DNA of 63,181 nt, the filler included, from Folioceros fuciformis (taxonomy: Eukaryota), in assembly GCA_049999805.1 (NCBI GenBank). It is 6 parts of 6 records of this genome, joined end to end, with 100 filler letters (N's around TTAATTAATTAA, not from the genome) between each part and the next. Parts side by side here need not be neighbours in the genome. Positions count along the whole stretch, not along the records: positions 1 to 16,315 come from JBNGIO010005376.1; positions 16,416 to 26,784 come from JBNGIO010005377.1; 4 more parts are not named here. The stretch is one strand, 5' to 3'. The position numbers were made by a program, and so were the translations under genes. A model generated the notes under the pieces. The model searched no databases. It was not told where the DNA came from and saw only the letters and a program-made list of their open reading frames with translations. This document shows, one piece after another, positions 10,301 to 21,145 of the stretch; the first letter of the stretch is position 1, and each line of letters begins with the position of its first letter.

Positions 10301-13158
10301 TTTTGTACAACCTTCTCTGTCACCCTTTGGTGCTCCAATCCTCTTGGTTTCCAAACCAGATGGAGGATGGCGGTTGTGCATAGACTATCGAGGGCTCAAT
10401 CGGGCCACAGTGAGAAACGTCTACCAGATGCCAAGGATCGACGAGATCCTCAACCAGCTGCATGGAGCCAAGCTGTTCACCAAGACTGATCTCAGATCTA
10501 GCTTTCACCAGATCCGGATCAGGTCAGGAGATGAACACAAAACTGCCTTTCGAACTCGACATGGACATTTTGAATTCAGGGTAATGCCGTTTGGTCTTAC
10601 CAATGCTCCTGCCACCTTCCAGTGTCTCATGCAGGAAGTGTTGCGACCCCTGCTGGGACATGGCGTTGAAGTCTTCCTGGATGACATTCTCATCTACACC
10701 CCTGACCCTGAAACACATCTCCAGATGGTTAGAAAGGTGCTGGACTTGCTATGGCCAACACACTGTTAGGCAAGAGAAGCAAGTGCGTCTTCATGAGAGA
10801 GAAGTGTGAATACCTGGGACATGTGATTAGTGCAGAGGGCATCCAGGTTGACACATGTAAGGTCAGCGCAATGATGAACTGGCCCTTGCCATAGGACATA
10901 ACCCAACTCAGAGGGTTCCTGGGTATGGCCGCTTTTCCTCCGCATTCTGATTGAGCACTCGGCCATGTGAGGGCTTCTACAGACGCTTTATCAAGGGATT
11001 CAGCAGGATCGTTGTTCACCTGACAGATGCCCCCTGGCATTCCGCAAACAAGCCCATCCAGTTGGGAGCCAAGGCCGTCGCAGCTTTTGAGCAGCTGAAG
11101 CAGGCCCTTGGCTTAGCGCCAATATTGGCAGTGGCAGATCCTCACATGCCATACACCATCCATACAGACGCATTAGATTATGCCATAGGGGCAGTTCTGT
11201 CCCATCAAGGAAGGGCAATCGCCTACAAAAGCAGGAAGTTGCAAGGAGCACAACTAAACTACCCAATGCATGATAAGGAGATGTTGGCCATTACACATGC
11301 CCTGAAGGTATGGCGACATTACCTCATTGGGCAGAAAGTGGTGTATCATACCGACCACCACTCCTTGTAGCATTTCTTCTCTCAGCCCAACTTGAATGCT
11401 CGGCAACGATAGTGGGCTGAAGCTATGGCAAACTACCACCTGGAGATCCAATATTTAGCAGGCTCAACTAATGTGGTTGCAGATGCCTTGAGTCGGCGTG
11501 CCTACACCCTCATGAGAACCCAAACCCAAACAATCTAGTTAGTCCGGGATGGAATTCCTCATGACCCAGTCTTGTCGAAAATGTACAGACAGCTATTGAC
11601 AGATGCACAGACAGGGGTCCCTACAGCACTTACCCAGCAATATTCACTCTAGGATGCCTGTGTGTATCAAAAGGGAAGACTGGTCATCCCTTCACAGCTC
11701 ATGGAGTTGAAACAAGCCATCCTGCATGACATGCATGATTCACCCATTTCGAGCCACCTGGGCATTGACAAGACATATGCCAAGTTCAAGGAGCACTTTC
11801 ATTGGGAAAGGATGTGCGTTGACTGCATCAAATGGGTGCACTCCTGCCAGTCCTGCCAGCAAGCCAAGCCTAGCCATCAGAAGACGTAGAGGGCTTGTTT
11901 GTACCCCTACAAATTCCAAGTGGACGATTCAGGTCAATTGCTATGGATTTCATCACTCACTTGCCACGTACCCATTCTAGAAAAGATAGTATCTGGGTGG
12001 TCACTGACAGGTTCTCCAAGGTCTGCCACTTTGTTCCCTTGACCTCCACCATCACAGCATCCAAGTTGGCTGGAGTCTTCGTTCGAGAAATCTTCAGGTT
12101 GCATGGAGCCCCAGAAGACATCGTCTCCAACCAGGATCCTAAGTTCACCTCAGGGTTCTGGAAAACATTCATGGAAACCCTAGGCATCAAGCAAAACATG
12201 TCGTCATCGTATCATCCAGAGACATATGGACAAACTGAGAAATAGAACCAGGTCCTGGAACATATGCTTCGTCACTTCACCCATGAGAAACAAACAAGGT
12301 GGGAAGAACTCCTCCCTGTATTGGAGTATGCCTACAACTCGTCGAAGCACGCAGCTACAAAAGTGGCCCCGTCCAAGCTACTGTATGGAGAAACTCCGCC
12401 ACCACCAGGCTTGTGGCCCAGCAGTCAGGAAAAGTGGCGGAGTGCAGCTGAGGTTGCGGAGGACATCTGGCATGAGGTCAAGTTGGCGAAGGAGAAACTC
12501 CTCGCTGCCCGGGACAGATCCTGTAAAATAGCCAACAAGCTTCGCCGGGCAATCTGCTATAGCGTCGGCCAACAAGTGTGGCTTCGCGTGAAGCCTCATC
12601 GCTACCCAGCTCTGATCCAGTCACGGGATAAGCTATCCTACCGGTACGTCGGGCCCTTCACAATGTCCAGGCAGATCAACCCAGCCGCATACCAGCTCGA
12701 CCTTCTTGCTGATTGGCGTCTCTGCAGGACGTTTCATGTCTACATGCTCAAGCCGGTGATCTCACGCCCGCCACAACCCTACCTGCACATCCTCCGGATC
12801 CCTCTGCCAACCAGCAACGAGAATCACACCCTTCTTCCCAGCCCAGCCCAGCTCCAGGCAACTCCTTTGCTCAGTGCCCCACTCTGGCAACTTCCGTTGT
12901 TCCAGATTGCTCTAGTTCGGAAAACCTAGCCCAGACGCCAAGTTTTGGACCTCACCAACCCCATCGTATCCTCCAGTGTCGCGATCGCTAGCTCCGTTCT
13001 CGCTGTGTGACAAACTTCCTCGTGGCCTGGACATGCGAACCCGACAGTGCTGCGACCTAGGAACCTGCAACCTTTTGCCATCACTTCCCTCACTTGCGGG
13101 CCCAGATGCAAGCTTCCCAAGCTCCCAGACAGGTCGGCCAGGAGGACCTGGCCAGCTT

Positions 13159-13171
13159 AAGTGGGGGAGAA
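13159..13171 (+). other. Polypurine tract
   Basis: AAGTGGGGGAGAA immediately before the 3' LTR. Confidence 0.85.
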
Positions 13172-13572
13172 TGACACACGCACCGCCATGGCCAACCTGC
13201 GTGTGTAGCTAACAGGAACGAAGCCGTTTCCAGCCATAGCCAGACAGGGCAGCAGGAACCGACCCAGAAGGTGCTTAACGAGACTCTCCTAACGGGACAG
13301 ACAACCAGGTTGAAGACAAGTTATAGACTAATATGACTTTGTGTAGCCATTAAATCGAATCGGTAATTAACCCTAGGTTAACTAGCCGTTAAATAGGATT
13401 AAGCATTTTACTTAGGAATAACTAGTTCTAACAAACATTTAACGGCCCAACAATCCTAGTTGTTGGGCAGGGATGCCTATTTCTTGGCCAGTCCCAAGCA
13501 CATGTATAAAAACCATCACAAAGAATACAAGAGTGTCCTATCTCCACTAAGCAAGCTCTCTCGGTGGTAGCA
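13172..13572 (+). repeat. 3' LTR
   Basis: Direct repeat of 6923-7323, followed by TSD GGATA. Confidence 0.95.
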
Positions 13573-14077
13573 GGATATATATCCGGATCGGGCCAAGATA
13601 AAGGACACTGGTCTACCTGATGATCTTTCTTTGGAAAATATTGATAAGTCACCACACAATCGGTGGAAGCATACTTCCTGATAGAATAATTAAACCATTC
13701 AAGAAACCTATCACGGGGAATTTGGTCTGGTATAAGTCGATTACTGCAATATTGTGTGTGAAGTTGGATTCTCAGATACGCCAAACATATTACATAATCA
13801 ACCTTAGCAAGGCCTTTGTCTACATTATTTGCATAGTATTTCTGAAGAAGCCCTATACAATCTGCTGTGCCTAGAAACTGTGGCGTTTGGAGAATGGAAC
13901 TTCTTGAAATTTGATCTAGAGCTCTGCCAATCAATTCTCTTGTATAGGCTTCTAAAATTATCAAGTTTGGTAGTAAAATAACTTCTTGATTGCAGTAATG
14001 TGTTAAGTAGGTCTTTCCAAGTGTTAGGTTCACTCGAATTGGATCAATTGTGCAATCCCCACTCGACAAACATTGTA

Positions 14078-14608
14078 AGGACCCGATAAGCCAAAGATGA
14101 CAATGCTTGGTGCAATGCAATCACACTAGGCTGAGGATATCAAAGCTAGGAATAGGAAAGGACCCATCAAGCCAAAGATGGCAATGCCTAGTGCAATGCT
14201 ACATTTGGCTAAGGATATTAAAGCCAGGAATAGGAAAGGACCCAATAAGCCAAAGATGACAATGCCTGGTGCAATGCAATCACACTAGGCCAAGGATATC
14301 AAAGTTAGGAATAGGAAAGGACCCATCAAGCCAAAGATGGCAATGCTTGGTGCAATGCAATAACACTTGGCTGATGATATTAAAGTTAAGAATAGGAAAG
14401 GACCCGATAAGCTAAAGATGACAATGCCTGGTGCAACGCAATCACACTAGGCCGAGGATATCAAAGTTAAGAATAGGAAAGGACCCATCAAGCCAAAGAT
14501 GGCAATGCCTGGTTCAATGTAATAACACTTGGCTAAGGATATGAAAGTCAGGAATAAGAAAGAACCCAATAAGCCAAATATGACAATGCCTAGTGCAATG
14601 CAATAACA
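14078..14608. repeat. Second block of the 81/162-bp satellite (about 7 units)
   Basis: The GACCC core recurs at 14080, 14161, 14239, 14320, 14401, 14482 and about 14563, alternating CCCATCAAG and CCCRATAAG variants. Confidence 0.95.
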
Positions 14609-14799
14609 TCTTTTGCTTATAGAAAGCCACAATATATGGAAGAGGGAGGCCAATCCTTCTCTAAGAATCTTCAATCATAAAATTTCTTGCTCACAAATGA
14701 TACATATAAAATGGAACCGAAGCCCTCTTAAGTTTATTGTAAACTACAATCCTTATTCCTTCTTACAAAAAGTACATTTTTTTCCTTGTACACACAAAT

Positions 14800-15363
14800 T
14801 TATCTTCTAGGATATATATTAGGATCAGGCCAGGGTACTGGACATGTATTTGCGTCATTATTTTTGTTAGGAAAGTACTCGTAAGTCATCACACAATCCG
14901 TCGAGGCATACTTTCCTACAGAATAATTAAATCCTAAAAACACTTTAATTGGGGTGAAGTGCGTTGGCACAAGGCGGTCACCACAATACTTTGTATGAAG
15001 CTGCATTCTCGCATGAGCTAAACATATTCCACAATCAATGTGCACAAAATCTTGGTTAACGTTGTTTTGATAGTACTTCCTGAAAAGCCCTTTACAATTT
15101 GCTGTCCCCTTGAACTCTACCGTTTGGATAATAACATTGTTGGGACTCACTTTGGAAGCTTCATTCACTAACTGTCTTGTGTAGGCTTGTAAACTAAACA
15201 AGTCTTTTAGCTGGATGATTTCGCCATTACAATAATGTGACAAGTAGGTCCTTCCGAGTGTAGGGTTGGTTGGAGTTTGGTAAGTTTGACACTTTGTGTG
15301 ATGGAGGAATTGCAATGTATGTAGACTGAAGATATAAATCAAATAATGCTTTCCTTGCTGCAT
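14800..15363 (-). CDS. Secreted Gnk2/DUF26-like Cys-rich protein (copy B')
   Basis: 187-aa ORF with 21 aa differences from copy B. Flanks are also duplicated. Confidence 0.82.
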   Translation of the reverse strand: MQQGKHYLIYIFSLHTLQFLHHTKCQTYQTPTNPTLGRTYLSHYCNGEIIQLKDLFSLQAYTRQLVNEASKVSPNNVIIQTVEFKGTANCKGLFRKYYQNNVNQDFVHIDCGICLAHARMQLHTKYCGDRLVPTHFTPIKVFLGFNYSVGKYASTDCVMTYEYFPNKNNDANTCPVPWPDPNIYPRR

Positions 15364-15988
15364 GATTGACGTGTACTACCAAAACATGGTAATTGTTCTT
15401 CAATAGAATAGAATGTTAAATGATCATAAAGGAATAAAGAGATAGGTCACCTAAATGTGTATAATATTGATTTTTGGAGTATATGCAAATGGAATAAAAT
15501 GTAAGAGAAAAATAGCTTGGTGTACAAAAAATGGTTTGGACATATCATATTAGTCATTAAAAATAAATAATTGATATATATATATATATACATAATTCGA
15601 TGCAATCAAAGTATTTTGAAATCTCTTTTAGTAAAGTGTAACCCAAACATGACCTCCTATTGGGTTTCATTATTTTTTTACTATTTAAGTTTTTAATTTA
15701 AAATAAAATAAAATAAAATGAGACTTCATTGAATACCACGATGAGAAATTCATCTACCCAAAAAAGGGGGAAAACAAGAAACAAAAAAGGTGATTGGGCC
15801 AAAGAGAATTAATATAATAATATGGAATATGTAGATAAAATATATTAATAACAAGACCCTTTGTTTATTATCTTTTATTATTCTTTAGAACGTTAATCTT
15901 TTTAATAAAACCATGTCGTCAGATAATAATCTTGTAACTATTGTTATAATTAATGGAGGCAAATATACAGATCCATATGCTTATTGAC

Positions 15989-16315
15989 TCATATATGTGA
16001 GTTTTTAATAGGATATATATCCGGATCGGGCCAAGGTAAAGGACACTGGTCTACCTGATTATCTTTGTTTGGAAAGTATTGATAAGTCACCACACAATCA
16101 GTGGAAGCATACTTCCCGACAGAATAATTAAACCATTCGAGAAACCTATCACGGGGAATTTGGTCCGGTATAAGCCGATTGCCGCAATATTGTGTGTGAA
16201 GTTGGATTCTCAGATACGCCAAACATATGGCACAATCAACCTTAGCAAGGCCTTTGTCTACATTATCTGCATAGTATTTCTGAAGAAGCCCTGTGCAGTC
16301 TGCTGTGCCTAGAAA
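15989..16315 (-). CDS. Gnk2/DUF26-like copy C' (5' part lost in assembly gap)
   Basis: Frame is open from the gap: FLGTADCTGLLQKYY..VDCAICLAYLRIQLHTQYCG..GKYASTDCVVTYQYFPN..CPLPWPDPDIYPIKNSHI*. Confidence 0.8.
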   Translation of the reverse strand, partial: FLGTADCTGLLQKYYADNVDKGLAKVDCAICLAYLRIQLHTQYCGNRLIPDQIPRDRFLEWFNYSVGKYASTDCVVTYQYFPNKDNQVDQCPLPWPDPDIYPIKNSHI

Positions 16316-16415
16316 NNNNNNNNNNNNNNNNNNNNNNNNNNNNNNNNNNNNNNNNNNNNTTAATTAATTAANNNNNNNNNNNNNNNNNNNNNNNNNNNNN
16401 NNNNNNNNNNNNNNN
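16316..16415. other. Artificial scaffold spacer N44-TTAATTAATTAA-N44 (also 26785-26884, 41351-41450, 56633-56732, 61762-61861)
   Basis: An identical 12-mer with stops in all six frames is centred in five 100-bp N blocks. Confidence 0.95.
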
Positions 16416-16429
16416 TGCCGGACGAGGAG

Positions 16430-18442
16430 GTGGAGAGCCGGAAGGGCAAGCGGGCCAGAGAAAGCGATGAGAGCGACTCTGAGGAGTCGGGGTCGGAAGA
16501 GTCGGTGCAGAAGCCGCCGCCGCGACCTGCAAAGAAGACGAGGAGCAAGAAGATAGGGAATGGCGGAGGAAGCGATGAGGAGGATGGAGGGAAGGCGGCT
16601 TTGGAAGATGAACTCAGCGTGGAGGCCAGGGGGAGTGTTGGCGAGGAAGCACGGGCTTGGACGGCGGCTTGGACGCGGCAAAATCAAGCTAACGCAGTTA
16701 AGGCTGCGGCCAGAGCTGAAGCAGCGAGGCTTCGGAAGGGGAAGGGGAAGCGGGTAGGGAGAGGTGGAGGGAGCGATTCTGATTCTGATTCCGTGGCCTT
16801 GCGGAAGCGGCAGCGACCTAGACGGAGTAGTCGGGCACAGGAGACCGAGAATGAGGATGGTTCGGAGGAGGATTTGGATGCCTTCAACGTTGAGGGGATA
16901 GAGAATTCTGAGGACAATTCTGGTGGTGGAGGTATGGAGGATCGCGGAGCTGGACCATCGGGAGCTCGGGGAGGAGATGCGGAGGCGCGGGTTGGTGCTG
17001 CCAGGGCCAGGAACCTGGCCATCGCTCGCCGCAGGGCTTCGCATTTCGCTCACTTTCAGGCTGTGGATGTAGAGGTAGCGGCGGAGGTGGTGGCACCGGT
17101 GGCGGCAGCGCCATTGCCACGGCCGCGCGGGAATTGGCCGGGGCCGTTTTCTGTGGCCTCGGATTTGGTGAGGGCAAGAGCTGCCGCTGCTGAGCAGCGG
17201 AAGGCGTCCTTGGCGGCGCAGGGACAGGGGCGGCCGGCGCAGGACAGGCATATCTGGAAGCCCTCCAGGAATGAGAGCTTTGTGGATTTGAGAAGAAGGC
17301 CGCCTTCACTTCACAGCATAACGGTGGAGCTCCTGTGCAAGTACATCGATAACGTGGATTGCCTTGGAGTCTTGGCGGAGGAGTCCAGCAGGAAGTTGTG
17401 CATCAGGTTGTGTGAGTTGAGGAAGATGAGCGGGAGGGTGATGGCACTTCTCGTTTCCGGGCAGCCGGTTGAGCTCATGATTCCTGATTTTTCTGCTGTT
17501 CCAGAGAACGAGTTCTGTGCAGCAGCCCGGGAGTTGTCGACTGCGCGGCTGCAAACTCTTAAGTTGGGCATGTGCGGCCGAGTGTTGGCCGATCAGTTTG
17601 TTGAATGCTTCACAGGGTCTGAGAAGCAGGGGTTTCCTGTGCTCCGAACCTTATCTCTGCAGGGTGCGTACAGGCTGGCGGACCGGGGACTGATGAAATT
17701 GGTGGGGGCTTGCAAGGAGCTCACATGCTTGGAGCTGCGGCAGTGTAATTCCATCACGGAGTCTGGCTTTGTGAAAGTGATGGAAGTGGTAGGATCCAAG
17801 TTGGAAGCGCTATCGTTGGAGGGAAGTGATCAGCTCAACCCGGAGGATATGCGCGAAGCCTTCTTACTCATGCCCAATCTTCGGCGACTGTCATTGTCGG
17901 ACATCGTGGGGGTCACAGATAAGTTTGTGCAGTTGGTAACATGCTGTTCGGGAGCGAACTTGAGGGAGCTGGATGTTGGTGGCTGTGAGAAGCTGACAGA
18001 TGAGGCAGTGAGTGCGATTGTCGGTTTCTGCCCCGGCCTCAGAGTCCTCAATTTGGACAACTTGAATCTCCTTACAGATGTATCTCTGGAAACCATGGTG
18101 AACAGGGGAGTGAGCTTTGAGAAGCTGTCTTTGAGGCGTTGTAACTTCAGTGACGAGGCTTTGGCTTGTCTGGTCACTTCTTTAGAAGACAAGCTCAAGC
18201 AACTGTGTGTGAATTCAGTTCGACAGGCAGGGGACCAAACTCTCCAGGCACTTGCTACCCACTGCAAGGCCTCCTTGGAAGAGCTGGATGTCTCTTGGTG
18301 CCGCAACATGACCGATGAATGTCTTGGCCTCCTTGCAGATTCGTGCCGGCATCTTACAAAGCTTACCCTCTTCGGGTGCACCCAAGTCACTGAGGTCTTC
18401 ACTAACGGCCACTCCAACTCCAGCCTCGTCCTCATTTCCTAG
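16430..18442 (+). CDS. RAD7: RAD7-like LRR (RNI-like) nucleotide-excision-repair protein; 5' end probably in gap
   Basis: Acidic/basic disordered N-terminus, the Rad7-family motif WPGPFS, then PSL..C and many cysteine-containing LRRs ending LFGCTQVTEVFTNGHSN. Confidence 0.8.
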   Translation: MESRKGKRARESDESDSEESGSEESVQKPPPRPAKKTRSKKIGNGGGSDEEDGGKAALEDELSVEARGSVGEEARAWTAAWTRQNQANAVKAAARAEAARLRKGKGKRVGRGGGSDSDSDSVALRKRQRPRRSSRAQETENEDGSEEDLDAFNVEGIENSEDNSGGGGMEDRGAGPSGARGGDAEARVGAARARNLAIARRRASHFAHFQAVDVEVAAEVVAPVAAAPLPRPRGNWPGPFSVASDLVRARAAAAEQRKASLAAQGQGRPAQDRHIWKPSRNESFVDLRRRPPSLHSITVELLCKYIDNVDCLGVLAEESSRKLCIRLCELRKMSGRVMALLVSGQPVELMIPDFSAVPENEFCAAARELSTARLQTLKLGMCGRVLADQFVECFTGSEKQGFPVLRTLSLQGAYRLADRGLMKLVGACKELTCLELRQCNSITESGFVKVMEVVGSKLEALSLEGSDQLNPEDMREAFLLMPNLRRLSLSDIVGVTDKFVQLVTCCSGANLRELDVGGCEKLTDEAVSAIVGFCPGLRVLNLDNLNLLTDVSLETMVNRGVSFEKLSLRRCNFSDEALACLVTSLEDKLKQLCVNSVRQAGDQTLQALATHCKASLEELDVSWCRNMTDECLGLLADSCRHLTKLTLFGCTQVTEVFTNGHSNSSLVLIS

Positions 18443-18488
18443 AGTCTCAAGGGCCAAAAAATCTTCAGAACTTGAGTCTAATGTCCAT

Positions 18489-18544
18489 GCCTATGCCTAT
18501 GCCTATGCCTATGCCTATGCCTATGCCCATGCCCATGCCCATGC
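18489..18544. repeat. (GCCTAT)n/(GCCCAT)n hexanucleotide microsatellite
   Basis: Directly visible tandem hexamers just 3' of the RAD7-like stop. Confidence 0.9.
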
Positions 18545-21145
18545 AGATGTAGGAACTTTTAGTTACCGGCATTCTTGGAAGAGCAGGGTTCTCGAACAAA
18601 TCGGTCACTATAGCGTGCTTTCCGATGAGGCCCACTAGGTAAATCTTACTTGCTGATCCTCAAAGTTACAAGACCCAGCTCCTTTTCACTGAAAGAGACA
18701 GTGAGACGGATTTGCAAGTGTTTTGGACTCTCCCTTTCCCACCCAGTGGGGGCTTGTTTTGGGTTTCCTCCTGCTGAGTTCCGTAAGGAATTGGTTCCGT
18801 GCCGGAATCGTAAACTGTGGCACGAATGGGTTAGGTGGTGGTAGCATTTGCGAGTAATCACACAACTGCTGTCCCTCCCCCCCTGTATAACTCACGTACC
18901 TAATGAAGTGCTAGCTAAGACTTGAGTTCTTAGGTGGGTTTATATCTAAATATATTTAAAAATTAACATTAATACATAAGTAGTAAAATATATACACTGT
19001 AGTCTCAGGTTGAAATTAGTCAGTATTTAATTATTAGATACTGAAATATTTGTCTTAAATGAAACGGAAGACAATAAAATCGTGAAGAGAGAAGTGAGTA
19101 AGATAAAAGAGATGAGCAGACATTAGAGGCAAGGAGGCATAGCATCCGTCGTCCGTCTTGTGCCAATGGAAGTTGTGTACCTAACCAACCGCGTTGTGGG
19201 AACCAGTTAGAGCAGAGAAGTGAGTCCCGGGGTGGCAGAAGGCCCGGTGGCGACTTTGACGGAAACCGAAACCGAAACCGAATGAGCGTGCGCCATTTGC
19301 CGGCTTGGAGGGCAGGAGTTAGAACTTAAACCCTGGCTTGGCAGCCTGGACCCCTGGACCCTGAGCCTCTGCCTGAGCCTGAGTGACAGACAGCCTTTGC
19401 TCATCTTCTTTGCCAGGCCCAAACCGAAACCGAATCCACGCTCTCAGCCTGCCCAGCCCGGCCATCTCATCTCCTCTCCACTCCAATTGCACCGGACTCT
19501 GCTCGCCCGCTCGCAGCCCAGCGCCAAAACCCTCGCTTGTCCCNNNNNNNNNNNNNNNNNNNNNNNNNNNNNNNNNNNNNNNNNNNNNNNNNNNNNNNNN
19601 NNNNNNNNNNNNNNNNNNNNNNNNNNNNNNNNNNNNNNNNNNNCCTCCCCTCCCCCTTGCCTGCAGGCTACGCTCCCCTCCTCCTCCTGGCTTTCCCCCC
19701 GCGGGACCAAGGTTCGCGGCCACGGGGCTGTGGCTGTGCGCTGCTCCGCCCGCCTCCACCCGGTCGGCTCGCCTCAGCGCTCTGCTCTTCTCCAGTATGC
19801 TGTGCGCCCGGATCCCGGCCCGCCCTCCAAGGTAACACGCGCATTGAGCCGTTTGCAGGACAAGAACATGCGGCAGCCGGAGCTTGGAGGGAGGGGAGGG
19901 AACGAGGATGGGAGCCGAGGAATCGGATGGAGTGGAGGAGAGTAGAGCAGAGTAGAGTAGAAGAGAGGAGAGGAGAGTAAAGGAGAGGTGTGAGGGAGGA
20001 AGATGTGGGAGGTTTGCTGCTTCTTAGATGCCGGCAGGAGCCGGGGCGGGGCCAAGATTATCTTTCCATGACAATTGAGTGCCGGTTTGGCAGATCCTGG
20101 TGTGCACGCCCCGGCATTTGGAGCGCGCAGGCGGGGCGCTCAGTGTGAGCGTGGATGTGGACGGGATGTTGAAAGGTACCGTGCACGGCCCGGGTTCTGC
20201 ATCTGCTTGCGGTTTGTCGTCCTTTCGGCTTCGGGATGGGGGCCTAAACCCTTGACCCTGGGGCCTGCCTGTTGCAGGTCGGGAAGCGGGGAGTGGCATG
20301 TCAGGCATCGTTTTGATCGCCGTGTCCGAGCAATTGTGACGTTTTTTTTCAGCTCCTGCTTGTTGGATGAGCGTGGGGGAGGGAGAGTGGAGTGCAGTGG
20401 ACTGGAGTGGAGTGGACTGGGCTCTTGACCGCGTCGCATTTTGGATAGACAGGTGCGGGAAGCTGCTCCCGGGATGTGATGATGAGGCCGCTCGGGTGGT
20501 AGCTTTGGTTCCATCGCGCGGATCGGGAAGTTTTGCTGCCGGATTTCGCGTGCCGGGTCTGTCCGGGGACGGGGTAGGGGCTGGTAGGAGCTGGAGGTGG
20601 GTTTTGTGGACTGGACGCGCTCGACTCGGCATGGCTGGACCGTTGAGATCTTCTTTTGCAGGATGGTGGACCGCGTTTGCTCTTCCTTGACTGTGCTTCA
20701 TTCTTGCGCAGTGGGGGCCGGACTTTGGCGCTGGATGTTCTTGACCACGGACCGCATAGTTGGCAGATGCTCTTCGCCGTGGCCGGGACACGCATGGGGA
20801 TGGCGAAAGTAGGATGGAATGGATTAGTTCCGCAGACGTGGAGGATCGGCTTGGCTGGATGTGCTTGATCATAATTGATTAAGGTGGGACTTACAGATGG
20901 CTCCGTCTTTCTCCCTCCAAGGTGATCTTGCTTGCCGACTTCCACACTACCTCATTCACTGCATTTTGCTGTGTGTGGCCCTCCGGCTGCACCTCGCTCT
21001 ATCGCTGGCATCTGTAAACTCGTTTTTTCCCTGTAGCTGTGACAATCAGCGCTTGGATTACCAAACACCGCAACCTGAGACTACTGGAGTGGGCTGTGTG
21101 TACTGTGTCAATGTGCCCAGGTGCACATGGACTGCGGCTGGACTG

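Larger units (their letters stand above)
6923..13572 (+). mobile_element. Full-length decayed Ty3/Gypsy LTR retrotransposon (chromovirus-like)
   Basis: 401-bp TG..CA LTRs at 6923-7323 and 13172-13572, with a 5-bp TSD GGATA (6918-6922 and 13573-13577). Internal order: gag (8815-9366), protease (LLDSGA, ~9610), RT (10002-10769, FLDDIL), RNaseH (~10950-11500), integrase (~11660-12760), chromodomain-like ILQCRDR..FLVAW..AT*EP (~12960-13070). Many stops and frameshifts. Confidence 0.97.
6896..14078 (-). pseudogene. Gnk2/DUF26-like copy C, disrupted: 5' end replaced by satellite and 3' end split by an LTR retrotransposon (pieces 13573-14078 and 6896-6922)
   Basis: The body matches copy C' (15989-16315), and the last codons IKNSHI* lie left of the 5' LTR. 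It has no ATG (the ORF-track start is a TTG inside the satellite), and a conserved Cys is lost (DYVIC vs DCAIC in C'). Confidence 0.85.

Noticed and set aside
13428-14120. 230-aa ORF as an intact chimeric gene
   Set aside because: It starts at a TTG within the satellite, has no in-frame Met, lacks a full signal peptide and a conserved Cys, and ends in LTR sequence. Treated as a pseudogene.
16360-16371. Recurrent palindromic TTAATTAATTAA motif (five copies)
   Set aside because: Always centred in 100-bp N blocks. It is an artificial six-frame-stop contig linker, not biology.
18315-18638. ORF with a YAYAYA/HAHA repeat
   Set aside because: Translation of a 3'-flanking microsatellite overlapping the RAD7-like stop.
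19200-21140. Numerous ORFs upstream of the TRP/TRFL gene
   Set aside because: GC-rich promoter, 5' UTR and intron sequence with microsatellites. No recognisable protein features.
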